From: Escherichia coli | Lineage (GTDB): Bacteria; Pseudomonadota; Gammaproteobacteria; Enterobacterales; Enterobacteriaceae | Assembly (NCBI RefSeq): GCF_011045215.1 | Contig: NZ_CP049201.1 | Direction: 5' to 3' (one strand) | DNA: 64,000 bases | Shown here: in pieces, positions 23,546 through 32,682 of the stretch | Layout of the letters: each line of letters starts with the position of its first letter | Position numbering within the stretch: position 1 is the stretch's first letter | Made by a program: the position numbers and the translations under genes | Notes under the pieces: model-generated | Databases searched by the model: none | The model's input: only the letters and a program-made list of their open reading frames with translations | Told to the model about the DNA's origin: nothing

Positions 23546-23983
23546 ATGCAATTTATGGACAAACAACACAATTTTCCAGTGGAAACACTGGAAGAGCAGC
23601 TTATTATTATCGTTGATAAATATATCTCAAAACGGTACCAGCCGGGCGATAAAAGTTTCTCATACCAGCTATACCTGCTTTTTGTTGGCTATCACTTAAA
23701 GTATTTCTACCCCAAAAAACTTTATACTCGCTCTAATCGCAACATAGACAACATTATGACAATGTTTAGTTCTGTATACAAATGTCTTACAAGTACTTTG
23801 TTACAGCGATTAAATAATAAGGAAGCTGTTATCAGGGAGCTAAACTCTCTCGTTAACTATATTGATAACAATCAAGAACGAGCAGAAGAAATCTTTATAG
23901 CTATCAAAACTCAATATGAGATAAAAGCAATAGAGAAAGAACTAACCCATGAAGTCGTTAGAGTAAAAAATGTTAGATTATAA
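23546..23983 (+). CDS. Hypothetical protein
   Basis: 145-aa ORF followed by a terminator hairpin. Confidence 0.45.
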   Translation: MQFMDKQHNFPVETLEEQLIIIVDKYISKRYQPGDKSFSYQLYLLFVGYHLKYFYPKKLYTRSNRNIDNIMTMFSSVYKCLTSTLLQRLNNKEAVIRELNSLVNYIDNNQERAEEIFIAIKTQYEIKAIEKELTHEVVRVKNVRL

Positions 23984-23984
23984 A

Positions 23985-24010
23985 AGCTCCCGAAAGGGAG
24001 CTTCATTTTA
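23985..24010. terminator. Putative bidirectional terminator
   Basis: Stem agctccc/gggagct with a gaaa loop, flanked by A/T runs, between convergent genes. Confidence 0.6.
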
Positions 24011-24023
24011 CTAATTTTCTTTA

Positions 24024-24287
24024 TTAATAACTTCCTACTTGCCAGCCATCATCTGATTTTATTAATTTAACTGTTCCAGCTTGCTTTGTTCCGCTCATAT
24101 CCATAATTATATTGCACTTATAGCTTTTATCAGATTCTTTTGTGCAATCTACTTTTTTTACTGAAGTCAGATAGCTTCCAGTCCATTTTCGCATAGCTTT
24201 AAAAATATCATCTTGGGAAGGCTCACTACTACATGCAGTAAGAAGAAATACGGAAATAATAACAGCAAGGACCGAAGATATTTTCAT
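24024..24287 (-). CDS. Putative lipoprotein
   Basis: 87 aa; signal peptide with lipobox LLTAC. Confidence 0.6.
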   Translation of the reverse strand: MKISSVLAVIISVFLLTACSSEPSQDDIFKAMRKWTGSYLTSVKKVDCTKESDKSYKCNIIMDMSGTKQAGTVKLIKSDDGWQVGSY

Positions 24288-24311
24288 TAGACTTAATCCT
24301 GATTAAGTATG

Positions 24312-24698
24312 TTACTGAAAAATGCCAGATTTTGTATTATTATTATCAGTAGAGAATGTCCATTTGCTGACAATTTCGCCTTTAAAATCTATTTCAAGAG
24401 TTTTGGACTGAGTCTGTGAACCACCAGTTAGTAGCCCAACTACAGGAATGAAAGTCGAGGCATTGAACTGATTGTTATACATAAAATATCTCCATTGCTC
24501 GTTGCCATCATCAAGAGTCGTTCTTGTATCTGGTTCACCTAACTTAGCGAGTAGCTCGTTCTTAGTAGTCTTGTTTTTAATGATCTTTGACTGAAGACTT
24601 TGTGCAGTTTCATTTTCAATTTGTTGGTTCCCGGATGTTGAGCAGCCAGAAATTAAAAATATTGCAATGAAAAAGGCGGTAACAATAGATTTATTCAT
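24312..24698 (-). CDS. Putative lipoprotein
   Basis: 128 aa; signal peptide with lipobox LISGC. Confidence 0.6.
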   Translation of the reverse strand: MNKSIVTAFFIAIFLISGCSTSGNQQIENETAQSLQSKIIKNKTTKNELLAKLGEPDTRTTLDDGNEQWRYFMYNNQFNASTFIPVVGLLTGGSQTQSKTLEIDFKGEIVSKWTFSTDNNNTKSGIFQ

Positions 24699-24727
24699 TC
24701 TATCTTCCTTATTATATTTGGTCAGGG

Positions 24728-25006
24728 TTAACTTTTATGTGTGAAAACGGCTCTGTGGGCAAATTTCTTGCGTAAATAAAATCTTAAAGAAATTGCTGAG
24801 GCAAAATAGATAACGACAGTTAATATAAAACTTTGACTGATAGCGAATATGAAGAAAGCAATTACTAACAGCACAATTCCTATGAGTAAAGCTAACCAGG
24901 CCGAAGGTTCACCATAATTTATTGTTGCGTGACAGCCGATACAGACACGAACTCCGAACGGACTCTCTTTGAAGCAGAACGGGCACTTAATGGTCTCTTT
25001 ACTCAT
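24728..25006 (-). CDS. Zinc-ribbon membrane protein
   Basis: 92 aa; N-terminal CPFC...CIGC four-cysteine motif followed by two hydrophobic helices. Confidence 0.55.
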   Translation of the reverse strand: MSKETIKCPFCFKESPFGVRVCIGCHATINYGEPSAWLALLIGIVLLVIAFFIFAISQSFILTVVIYFASAISLRFYLRKKFAHRAVFTHKS

Positions 25007-25259
25007 ACAAACTCCGTTTATTCAACAGGTTCCTGATACTACAAATTGTTTAAAAATCATCAGGTTCTTTTCAGGGATTCTCGATGAATAATTATCTTTA
25101 GTAAAATCACTTGTACCGATCGATGTTTGAATCATGATAGGTAAAAACTATCATAACTAGATTATCGATCTGTATTAACGATCAATAATTTCTTGACATA
25201 ATATAAATTAGTTACTGTATAGTTAAGAGTGTTTGAGAATAATCAATACAAGTAATTGT

Positions 25260-26405
25260 CTATAAACGAATTTTTATCGCCTTGTTTAAAGGTTTCATTG
25301 CGTAGATATTTGAGAAGGTCGTGTGTGTTTTGTGAAGAATGGTCTTACCAAAGCTTCTCAGAAGCTCGATGTAATGCTTTATGGAAGCAAGCCACTCTAC
25401 GAATCTGAGATGCTTTTGCCGTTGTACTGCATTTTTTTGAAGAATCTTTCCTACGATTTCGTTTCGTTTGTCTTCTCTAAGCCGTAATTCCAGTTCTGCA
25501 ATTTTTTCAACGATACTTTCCTTTCTCTCAGTGGTTTTCAACACTGTTGCAGGAGCAGGAGCAGCAGGTTGGTCTTTTGTCGATATGTCGCTTCGTAGAG
25601 CTTCTAAGTGGTCGGGGTTGTAGTTAAGCCGATTACTGAGATTTGCCCAGGAGTAGCTCTTGCCCAATTGTGAAGCTTTGAAAGCTATGCCTGTGTATTC
25701 GAAAGAGAAGCCGTTCATTTTACCGGTAGAGGCAATATTGGCCTTCCAAGATACTTCAGCTTCTTCCAGCCTCTTGATAAAAGTTAGAAGGTCCGGCTTA
25801 TCAGATAAACTTTTATCAAGTATCTGCTGCAGAGCTTCTCTTGGTGAAAGCACCCCGGTTCGTTCCGATAGCATTTTCTCATTACGGGACACTCTCTTCC
25901 GCTTCGGTTGTGCTTGCGAGGGGGGAGATGCAGTTTTGGTCACTGTCAGGCCATGAGCGATTTCGAGTTTACTGATGATCTGTGTGCTGATGAGGTTTTC
26001 GTTCCTACCCAAGTAGAGCTTCCCACCATTGAGATCTATGCGACTTGCGATAATGTGTATGTGCTGGCCATCGTCGTCATGAAGCACATAGCAACGAAGG
26101 TGAGTATCCCTGAACCCCATCCTCTTCATGTAGTCATCTGCGATAATGGACCACTGTTCATTCGTTAGTGTTTCACCGTCGGGTAAGCGAAGTGAGTTGT
26201 GCCAAACGGGTTTTGCGACATCTAGGCGAAGATGCTTGGTGCTATCGAATTCAGCGATCATTTCAACGGCTGAATCACTTAACATGTTCCCGCCAATGAC
26301 GACTGGATCGCTTTTGTGGTGTGCTCCCGATTGTAATACATAACGAACAACACCAGCGAAGCTCTTACCCCTCTTGATCTTCCGCATACCCTTCACGAGG
26401 GACAC
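25260..26405 (-). CDS. Relaxase (MobA/VirD2-type mobilisation nuclease)
   Basis: 381 aa; three-histidine motif HDDDGQHIHII typical of the relaxase/mobilisation nuclease domain; overlaps the upstream mobC-like gene. Confidence 0.75.
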   Translation of the reverse strand: MSLVKGMRKIKRGKSFAGVVRYVLQSGAHHKSDPVVIGGNMLSDSAVEMIAEFDSTKHLRLDVAKPVWHNSLRLPDGETLTNEQWSIIADDYMKRMGFRDTHLRCYVLHDDDGQHIHIIASRIDLNGGKLYLGRNENLISTQIISKLEIAHGLTVTKTASPPSQAQPKRKRVSRNEKMLSERTGVLSPREALQQILDKSLSDKPDLLTFIKRLEEAEVSWKANIASTGKMNGFSFEYTGIAFKASQLGKSYSWANLSNRLNYNPDHLEALRSDISTKDQPAAPAPATVLKTTERKESIVEKIAELELRLREDKRNEIVGKILQKNAVQRQKHLRFVEWLASIKHYIELLRSFGKTILHKTHTTFSNIYAMKPLNKAIKIRL

Positions 26406-26739
26406 TCCAAAAATCTGTTCTTAACAAGTTGTGACGAAGCTCTTCAAGTTGTCGCTTCACAGCGAAAAGCTCTGTATGAGTAAGCTGGCTATCTTTACTC
26501 TTACTGTCGATATGGAGAGCAATACGATTCAACTTTTGTGATATGTCAGACAATTTTTTCCAGGCTTCAGTATTAATTGTCGGTACTACTGGTGGCAGGT
26601 TTTGCAGAAATGACATGCGGAGCCATTCACCTTTACTTTTATTACCTCGTTTTATATTTAAAATCTGTAATTCATTGTTGTTGAGTCGAACACTTATACA
26701 ATGTATTCTAATTCTGTCATCTAATCTTAATTTAGCCAT
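26365..26739 (-). CDS. MobC-like relaxosome accessory protein
   Basis: 124 aa; KLNRIALHI resembles the MobC N-L-N-Q-I-A-R motif; 41-nt overlap with the relaxase gene. Confidence 0.65.
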   Translation of the reverse strand: MAKLRLDDRIRIHCISVRLNNNELQILNIKRGNKSKGEWLRMSFLQNLPPVVPTINTEAWKKLSDISQKLNRIALHIDSKSKDSQLTHTELFAVKRQLEELRHNLLRTDFWSVPREGYAEDQEG

Positions 26740-26885
26740 ATAAGTTCCTTTTATATGATTTAATATGATTAATGATAGTTATTATTTCCCATTAGTCAAT
26801 AGCAGAACGGTTTTGATATATGGGTTTAATGTGCTAAAAATAAATCTCTCTGAAATAAAGTATTCAAAGATTCCCTAAATTAAAA

Positions 26886-28049
26886 TTAAGGATGATCTAT
26901 TGAAACAAACTTTTGACTAAACTCCAGCCATCTTGCATTATCAACATCCTTCACAAAAGCAATCAGACCTGCGACATGATTGTAAAAGCCAATTGGAGAG
27001 TCAAATTTTTCATGTCTTGCAACTTCTGAGAGACCAAATTTTTTTATTGAGTAAAGGTGGCGTTCAATACGTTTATAAGTTTGTTTAGATAATCGAGGGA
27101 CATTGCCATCAACAAGTAATCCTAAAACTATTTTTTTTGAACCAGGTCCAGCTACTCTTATTTTGCTTACGTTTTCTTTGAAATGGTGCTTACGAATGAT
27201 GCTGATAATGTTATTTTGTATTTTTCCAACCGAAACACCGTCGGGTAGAGTACCACCGCAGGATAATGTTATATCATCAGCATATCGAGTATAAGTGAAG
27301 CCATATTTATTAGCATATTCAGATAGAGAAATATCTAACTTTACAGTGGCTAAATTACTAAGCATTGGGCTACTCGGTGCCCCTTGAGGTAGCACTCCTA
27401 ACGGCCATGGTTCTGATATGTCCCAAAAAAGGCTCTTCTCTTTATTTTGTCCGTAAAGCTTATATTCCTTAGTTGAGTGCTTAGGAACAGAAATTAGAGA
27501 TTGTAAATGTTGTGGTAAACGTATAGTTGTGCATAGCCTTGATAGTTCAAATGCTATTAATGGCCGATATCCAGCATTTTTAAAAACCATATAAACATCA
27601 GATTCATTTATTGAATAAAAGAAATCGGAAATGTCGAATTGGAAGAGCCATTTAGCACCACAATGCTGTTCTGCACATTTTCTGATGCCACCATTAGGAT
27701 GGAAAGCAAAAGAAGTATTATGGGGAACTAACTTTTTTAATATTTCACTATTGATGAAATGCTGTACTTTAAATATCTCGCCAGTTACAGCATGAATATG
27801 GCGTCTTCCACCTGAACGTTTTTTTATAGCAAACATGCGATAATTTGCTGATTCACGGCGGCGTGATACAGTGGATCGTAGCAAGCGATAATCAACACCA
27901 GTAATTTTTGAAAGATGGCGTAATGTAAAAATTACAGGGAGATTATTTTTCTTCAGATTACTTGCATAATTTCTTAAGTTTAGAGCCTGTGTCTTCCCTA
28001 AGGATGACTCTGCATTTTGATAAAGTTGGTGTGCTGACCAGATTTCCAT
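26886..28049 (-). CDS. Reverse transcriptase, retron-type or defence-associated
   Basis: 387 aa; motifs FDISDFFYSI, LPQGAPSSP, catalytic YADD, and a thumb-like KIRVAGPGSKKIVLGLLV; no maturase, endonuclease or other extra domain. Confidence 0.85.
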   Translation of the reverse strand: MEIWSAHQLYQNAESSLGKTQALNLRNYASNLKKNNLPVIFTLRHLSKITGVDYRLLRSTVSRRRESANYRMFAIKKRSGGRRHIHAVTGEIFKVQHFINSEILKKLVPHNTSFAFHPNGGIRKCAEQHCGAKWLFQFDISDFFYSINESDVYMVFKNAGYRPLIAFELSRLCTTIRLPQHLQSLISVPKHSTKEYKLYGQNKEKSLFWDISEPWPLGVLPQGAPSSPMLSNLATVKLDISLSEYANKYGFTYTRYADDITLSCGGTLPDGVSVGKIQNNIISIIRKHHFKENVSKIRVAGPGSKKIVLGLLVDGNVPRLSKQTYKRIERHLYSIKKFGLSEVARHEKFDSPIGFYNHVAGLIAFVKDVDNARWLEFSQKFVSIDHP

Positions 28050-28237
28050 TCACCTATCCTTTGAGCCCAGGGGGCCATCAGTGTCATACATTTTCCGAGT
28101 CCTCGATGGCCGTTAATGTATGACATTGAAGGGCGGCGTAGCCGCCTTTGCGTCAGATCTTTCCAGAGATGTTTCTCCAACATCCCCATCCGTTGTAACA
28201 AAAGCCACAACAGATTCTGTCAAACAAGCGGTGAACT
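28050..28237 (-). ncRNA. Candidate structured non-coding RNA upstream of the reverse transcriptase (possible retron msr-msd)
   Basis: 188-bp intergenic region with an 11-bp perfect stem (28082-28092 with 28115-28125), an interleaved 7-bp stem (28073-28079 with 28105-28111) and a GGCGGC-gta-GCCGCC hairpin (28132-28146). Confidence 0.35.
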
Positions 28238-29458
28238 TCACTCATCATTGTTTAACGGCTGAACGGAGTGCTGATCAGCACACCAAGACTCTGGAATGTA
28301 AAGACCAAAATCCCATACACTATCGTTTTTAACATGCCTAGAATTTACAAGTATGTCAAGTCCGAATTTAGATAATCGTTTTTGAGTTGTCAATAGTCCT
28401 AATGTCTCTGCATATATGAGTAGTTTTTCTACATACGAACAATCAACATTCAAACGTAAGGCAATGCTTTTGTTATCTCTGACACCTCTTTTTATAAGTT
28501 TTAGTAAATTTATAATTTCGGGAGATAAAGATGAATGGGGGGAAGTGTTATGCTTTGTTCCATTTTCTAACAAGGCAAGCAGCCATCCTGGAATTGCTCT
28601 ATCAGGCATTAGTCCTTGCCATTTTTTATTAGAAAACCATAGTATTCCAGGAAGGTTATTAGGGACGCTATGATAAAAAATTATATTAGATAAAACATTA
28701 CCATAGCCAAGACGAGCCCATGGAGGAATTTTGGTTTGATTTTTACAAAGATTGATTATTTCATTATACTGCTCACCCCACCGAGTTTCTAACCAATTTT
28801 CATTATATACGATGTTACTTATGAAATTGATTTTTTCAGATTTTCTATATTTTCTTACTCCATGGTCTGAGCCGCGAATAGTATTGATTATTCTATTTTC
28901 AGAACCTAGTGTTCTGGCGAAAGAAATTAAAGTTAATCTTACTAGTCCTAAACTCCACCAACTTAAAAAGGTAGGGTTATCGAGCATGGCATTAATAAAT
29001 CCGGATACTCTATCACCACTACCAATCGAATCATCAATAAGTAAAAAATCGTTGACTTTAGATTTTTTCAGATCATTGAGTGATGGATGATCTAAAAACA
29101 TAGTTTTATTAGACCGCACAAGGTTTGAAATAATTGAATATACTAAGTCTTCGCTACCTTGCGAATGACCTGGTCTATTAACAACATCACCATTAAGGTC
29201 CCATAATACTTGTTTGTCTGGATCTAATTTGCGAACTGAATAAAGGGCATAATTTTTATTTTTTGGTAAATCAGAAATGCTCTTTTGAAGCCATATGGTA
29301 AACTCATCTCTACTTACAAAAGTTAACTTGCTCAAGATGTTTTTTGCAATCGCTTTTTGGCTGCTATTAAATTGCATAAGCCATTGAGCTATTTCCTGAG
29401 AGGATTCAATTTTTTCTACTGAAAGTATTTTAAATTTAGGTTTGTCTCTTGTTTTCAT
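28238..29458 (-). CDS. Phosphoribosyltransferase-like protein with a C-terminal helix-turn-helix region (candidate effector)
   Basis: 406 aa; PRPP-binding-type motif FLLIDDSIGSGDRVSG in the N-terminal half; HTH-like KSIALRLNVDCSYVEKLLIYAETLGLL near the C-terminus. Confidence 0.65.
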   Translation of the reverse strand: MKTRDKPKFKILSVEKIESSQEIAQWLMQFNSSQKAIAKNILSKLTFVSRDEFTIWLQKSISDLPKNKNYALYSVRKLDPDKQVLWDLNGDVVNRPGHSQGSEDLVYSIISNLVRSNKTMFLDHPSLNDLKKSKVNDFLLIDDSIGSGDRVSGFINAMLDNPTFLSWWSLGLVRLTLISFARTLGSENRIINTIRGSDHGVRKYRKSEKINFISNIVYNENWLETRWGEQYNEIINLCKNQTKIPPWARLGYGNVLSNIIFYHSVPNNLPGILWFSNKKWQGLMPDRAIPGWLLALLENGTKHNTSPHSSLSPEIINLLKLIKRGVRDNKSIALRLNVDCSYVEKLLIYAETLGLLTTQKRLSKFGLDILVNSRHVKNDSVWDFGLYIPESWCADQHSVQPLNNDE

Positions 29459-29693
29459 TTTTTTTAACCACTGTCAGGGCAATTGTTATTTCATAACATA
29501 AAAAGTAATGATGGTAAAGGTTTTGTTGTATCATTAACCTTCTTTATAACTGAGTAGACTAAGTTTAGTACTCTTATACGAAGCTAAATGAGCTAAATAT
29601 TAAATACTAAAATGTAATGGCGGATATTTTTCAACCGAAGGGCGAAAAACAAGGGAACGCAAAGAAGCGGAGCTTCGATGAGTTAGCCCTTGC

Positions 29694-30278
29694 TTATTCA
29701 TATGATTTGTATTTCTTTTCATCTACTAAATTTATTATGGACGATGAGGTTTTATATATCAACTTTACATTGTGTAAAGATATATTGTGTTTGCTAATAA
29801 AATATAAAAGATCCAATAGCATCTGTTCTTGCCGTTCTTGTGGAAACTCTAATTTTACGATTGGAGTAAATTCAACAATAAAACCACTATTCAACAGTAG
29901 TTTTATGTAGCTAAATGAGTTTGGCGTAACTGTTTTGATTTTTATTATTTTATTAGTAATTAGATGCTTATGGTTTATAATAATGTGAGGGTTGAGCAGT
30001 GCCATATCATATGACATGAATGTTAAACCATGACTATCTATTATGTTCAAGTCGATACCAAGTTGTATAAACATATCGATTATTGCTTTGCTATGTATCC
30101 AGTTATAAAATAAAGGTGTCCTTCCATAGTTATCTAAATGATTTAGGTCGGCTCCTGCAGCTAAAAGAGATGTTGTAAGTAAATAGTCATTAGAATAAAA
30201 TAATGGTGTACGACCACAATTATCCTTTAAGTTTATTAAACCATTGTCTATGAATATATTAGATAAATTATTGTGCAT
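29694..30278 (-). CDS. Ankyrin-repeat protein
   Basis: Two GRTPLFY...L..GADLN ankyrin units; start placed at the Met preceded by a perfect AAAGGAGGT ribosome-binding site. Confidence 0.65.
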   Translation of the reverse strand: MHNNLSNIFIDNGLINLKDNCGRTPLFYSNDYLLTTSLLAAGADLNHLDNYGRTPLFYNWIHSKAIIDMFIQLGIDLNIIDSHGLTFMSYDMALLNPHIIINHKHLITNKIIKIKTVTPNSFSYIKLLLNSGFIVEFTPIVKLEFPQERQEQMLLDLLYFISKHNISLHNVKLIYKTSSSIINLVDEKKYKSYE

Positions 30279-30339
30279 TTTACCTCCTTTTATCATTATG
30301 TATATTAAAAAAAGGAGGTTGTCAATATTTAGAGGTTAG

Positions 30340-30588
30340 TTAACCACCAAATGTTTTTTTCTTAGGTTGTGGGGGCTCTGCATTAAGTATGATAGTTTTA
30401 ATATTTGCATTTATTTGATTGATATTATCAGTCAATATATTAATAACTGATAATGCTTCTACAGGTGTGCTAAATGATGATTCTAAAAACACGCCTGAGC
30501 CTTTCAAAAATATATGGTAAGTGAGTATGCCATTTTCTTCATTTTCATATATATCATAAAGTTCATTTACTGTTTCGTACAATTTCAT
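30340..30588 (-). CDS. Hypothetical protein
   Basis: 82-aa ORF in the same minus-strand gene string. Confidence 0.4.
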   Translation of the reverse strand: MKLYETVNELYDIYENEENGILTYHIFLKGSGVFLESSFSTPVEALSVINILTDNINQINANIKTIILNAEPPQPKKKTFGG

Positions 30589-30643
30589 TATTATACTCCT
30601 TGATAATGATGGTTTATTTCAATGGGCTCGCGATATCACTACC

Positions 30644-31519
30644 TTATAAATGATCTCCAATGTGAGCAATAGCGATTTGTGCCGGTCTATCAGGAATTCT
30701 ATTAAAGAAGCCAAAGTATATTCTATTGTAGTAATAAGTTCCTTTTCGATTAGTATTGTCCATGTATTCAAGTTTATAATGGAATTCACAATTCACGTCT
30801 TTATAGATACAATCACCCACTTTAAAATCACGTTTTAATTCCCCTATGGCTCGTTTATTTTTGCCTCCACCTTCTGGTGTTACAAGATAAGGTAACGATG
30901 AATTCATAATTCTAATGTTATGTTGTGAGTCATTAGGTATAATTGTATAGTTATTAACAAAATAAAGAAATTCAGTGATGCTTTTCAAAAAATTTTCATA
31001 TCCACCTTCAATTTTCCTAATAAAATTAAAGGTTTGTGGTGGGTTATCCAAAAAAATGACATTCTTGAAAATGTTTTTAATATTGTCAGCATATTCATCA
31101 CAATCCGATGGGAATTCATCAAGGATTTTCTTAGAAAGATCAATTATTTCACTTTCACTAGAAACTGTATTATCCTTTTTTAAAGGTATGTCTGGAGATT
31201 GATAGGCACAGAGTTTTCTTTCGGCAAGTATCGATGGGGATGTATTGATGATATTTAGAAGTTCATTGCAGCCTATTTCATCCAATAAACTAATTTGGCC
31301 TATTTTATAATACTCATTAACAAGGCCACCGTAATCAGGGTTTGTTGAAAATAATTTAGTGACAAATTTTCCATCAAATTCATTGGAGCGAAGAAACTTT
31401 ATAAAATCTGAATCCACTCTCTCTACAAGTGCTTTAAGATCTTTAATCTGGTTAAAAATCTTAATTTGTTCTTCTTCAAGAGAAAAACTATCTATGAACA
31501 AGCAAACACCTGCTTTCAT
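30644..31519 (-). CDS. Hypothetical protein (third gene of the DUF262-ATPase operon)
   Basis: 291-aa ORF starting 9 nt after the ATPase stop; no confident motif. Confidence 0.55.
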   Translation of the reverse strand: MKAGVCLFIDSFSLEEEQIKIFNQIKDLKALVERVDSDFIKFLRSNEFDGKFVTKLFSTNPDYGGLVNEYYKIGQISLLDEIGCNELLNIINTSPSILAERKLCAYQSPDIPLKKDNTVSSESEIIDLSKKILDEFPSDCDEYADNIKNIFKNVIFLDNPPQTFNFIRKIEGGYENFLKSITEFLYFVNNYTIIPNDSQHNIRIMNSSLPYLVTPEGGGKNKRAIGELKRDFKVGDCIYKDVNCEFHYKLEYMDNTNRKGTYYYNRIYFGFFNRIPDRPAQIAIAHIGDHL

Positions 31520-31528
31520 GAAATCCCC

Positions 31529-32680
31529 TTAATTTTCAATATCAGGAGTATTAAATGATCCTGTCATAATGGTATACATATCAATTGATTGCTGGTCAAA
31601 GAATCCTTTCGGCCAACTAGAAAGTTTTCCATCTTTGCCAATAGATATCTTTTCTGCAGTAGATTCATTATTCTCATGTGAAATATAAAATAACGAAATT
31701 AGCTCAGGTGAAAAGTCAGGAGATGTTCTTGCTACGACACGGATTCCGTTGAGAAGGTGATCGCTATGAGTTTCTATGAATACCTGTACTCCCGCTTGAG
31801 CAGTGTAAGCTATTAATCTACCCATATAGCTTTGTCCTCTAGGGTGCAAATGGGCTTCCGGGTTTTCTAAAACTACTAATTCGCCCGGTTTTGCTAAAAG
31901 TAATGCTGAAACAATACTCAAAGCATAGCTATAACCAAAACCAATGTTTTTGGGTTTAGTTTGTTTTCCTGACTCAGCCTGTATTGTGTTATAAGCAATG
32001 TTTGCACTAACTTCCAATTTTGGCTGTATTTTATAATTTGGGGATATTTCATCCATCCATGCCTGTATATTATTCGCAACCCTTACATTATTATAATTAT
32101 GATGTATTCTTGGGTCGTCTTTATTTGGATTACCATCTTTCAGTATTAGTCTATCTTGCCTATTCATTATATTGTCTAATACTTCGATGACATATTCACC
32201 TTTTTTCCCCAACCAATCGCTATGAAAATTGTGTTGTGATAAAGAAATATTGTCTCTTGGACCAATACGTTCGGCTTCAATATATTGAAAATTACTTGCA
32301 TGTATAAAGTTTTTAATTGTTTTAATGCTATCCATACCTGAAATACATGGAAGTTCATTACGAAGATTTGCTGAGTCCTCTTGTGTAACCCCCCAACTGA
32401 CTTCACATTCTTTAACTGAAAGAGTGATTTTCAGTTGATCATCATCTGAAATAAAGTCATTAATAATATCGTCAATACGACCAATGTTTATCAGTTCACC
32501 ATTTAACTTTATATCATTTTTACTACTAAAATCAGACTGTAACACCATACCTATGGCTTGCATTACTGTACTCTTACCGACAGAGTTATTACCACAAAAT
32601 ACATTTAGACCTGACAAATCAAAAGATTGCTCTTTGTATGATTTAAAATTTTTGAGTTTTATCGATTTAATAGGGAGCAT
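31529..32680 (-). CDS. ABC-type (AAA_21-like) ATPase
   Basis: Walker A GNNSVGKST near the N-terminus; LENPEAHLHP Walker B/D-loop region and ETHSDHLL H-loop near the C-terminus; ATG sits 3 nt after the upstream gene's stop, with a GAGGG ribosome-binding site. Confidence 0.75.
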   Translation of the reverse strand: MLPIKSIKLKNFKSYKEQSFDLSGLNVFCGNNSVGKSTVMQAIGMVLQSDFSSKNDIKLNGELINIGRIDDIINDFISDDDQLKITLSVKECEVSWGVTQEDSANLRNELPCISGMDSIKTIKNFIHASNFQYIEAERIGPRDNISLSQHNFHSDWLGKKGEYVIEVLDNIMNRQDRLILKDGNPNKDDPRIHHNYNNVRVANNIQAWMDEISPNYKIQPKLEVSANIAYNTIQAESGKQTKPKNIGFGYSYALSIVSALLLAKPGELVVLENPEAHLHPRGQSYMGRLIAYTAQAGVQVFIETHSDHLLNGIRVVARTSPDFSPELISLFYISHENNESTAEKISIGKDGKLSSWPKGFFDQQSIDMYTIMTGSFNTPDIEN

Positions 32681-32682
32681 TA

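Noticed and set aside
26886-28049. Reverse transcriptase as a group II intron-encoded protein
   Set aside because: The protein is only 387 aa, lacks maturase (domain X) and endonuclease regions, and the flanking DNA shows no sign of the roughly 2-kb structured intron RNA that would surround the ORF
29617-29910. 97-aa plus-strand ORF
   Set aside because: Overlaps the ankyrin-repeat gene on the opposite strand; AT-rich random frame without a ribosome-binding site
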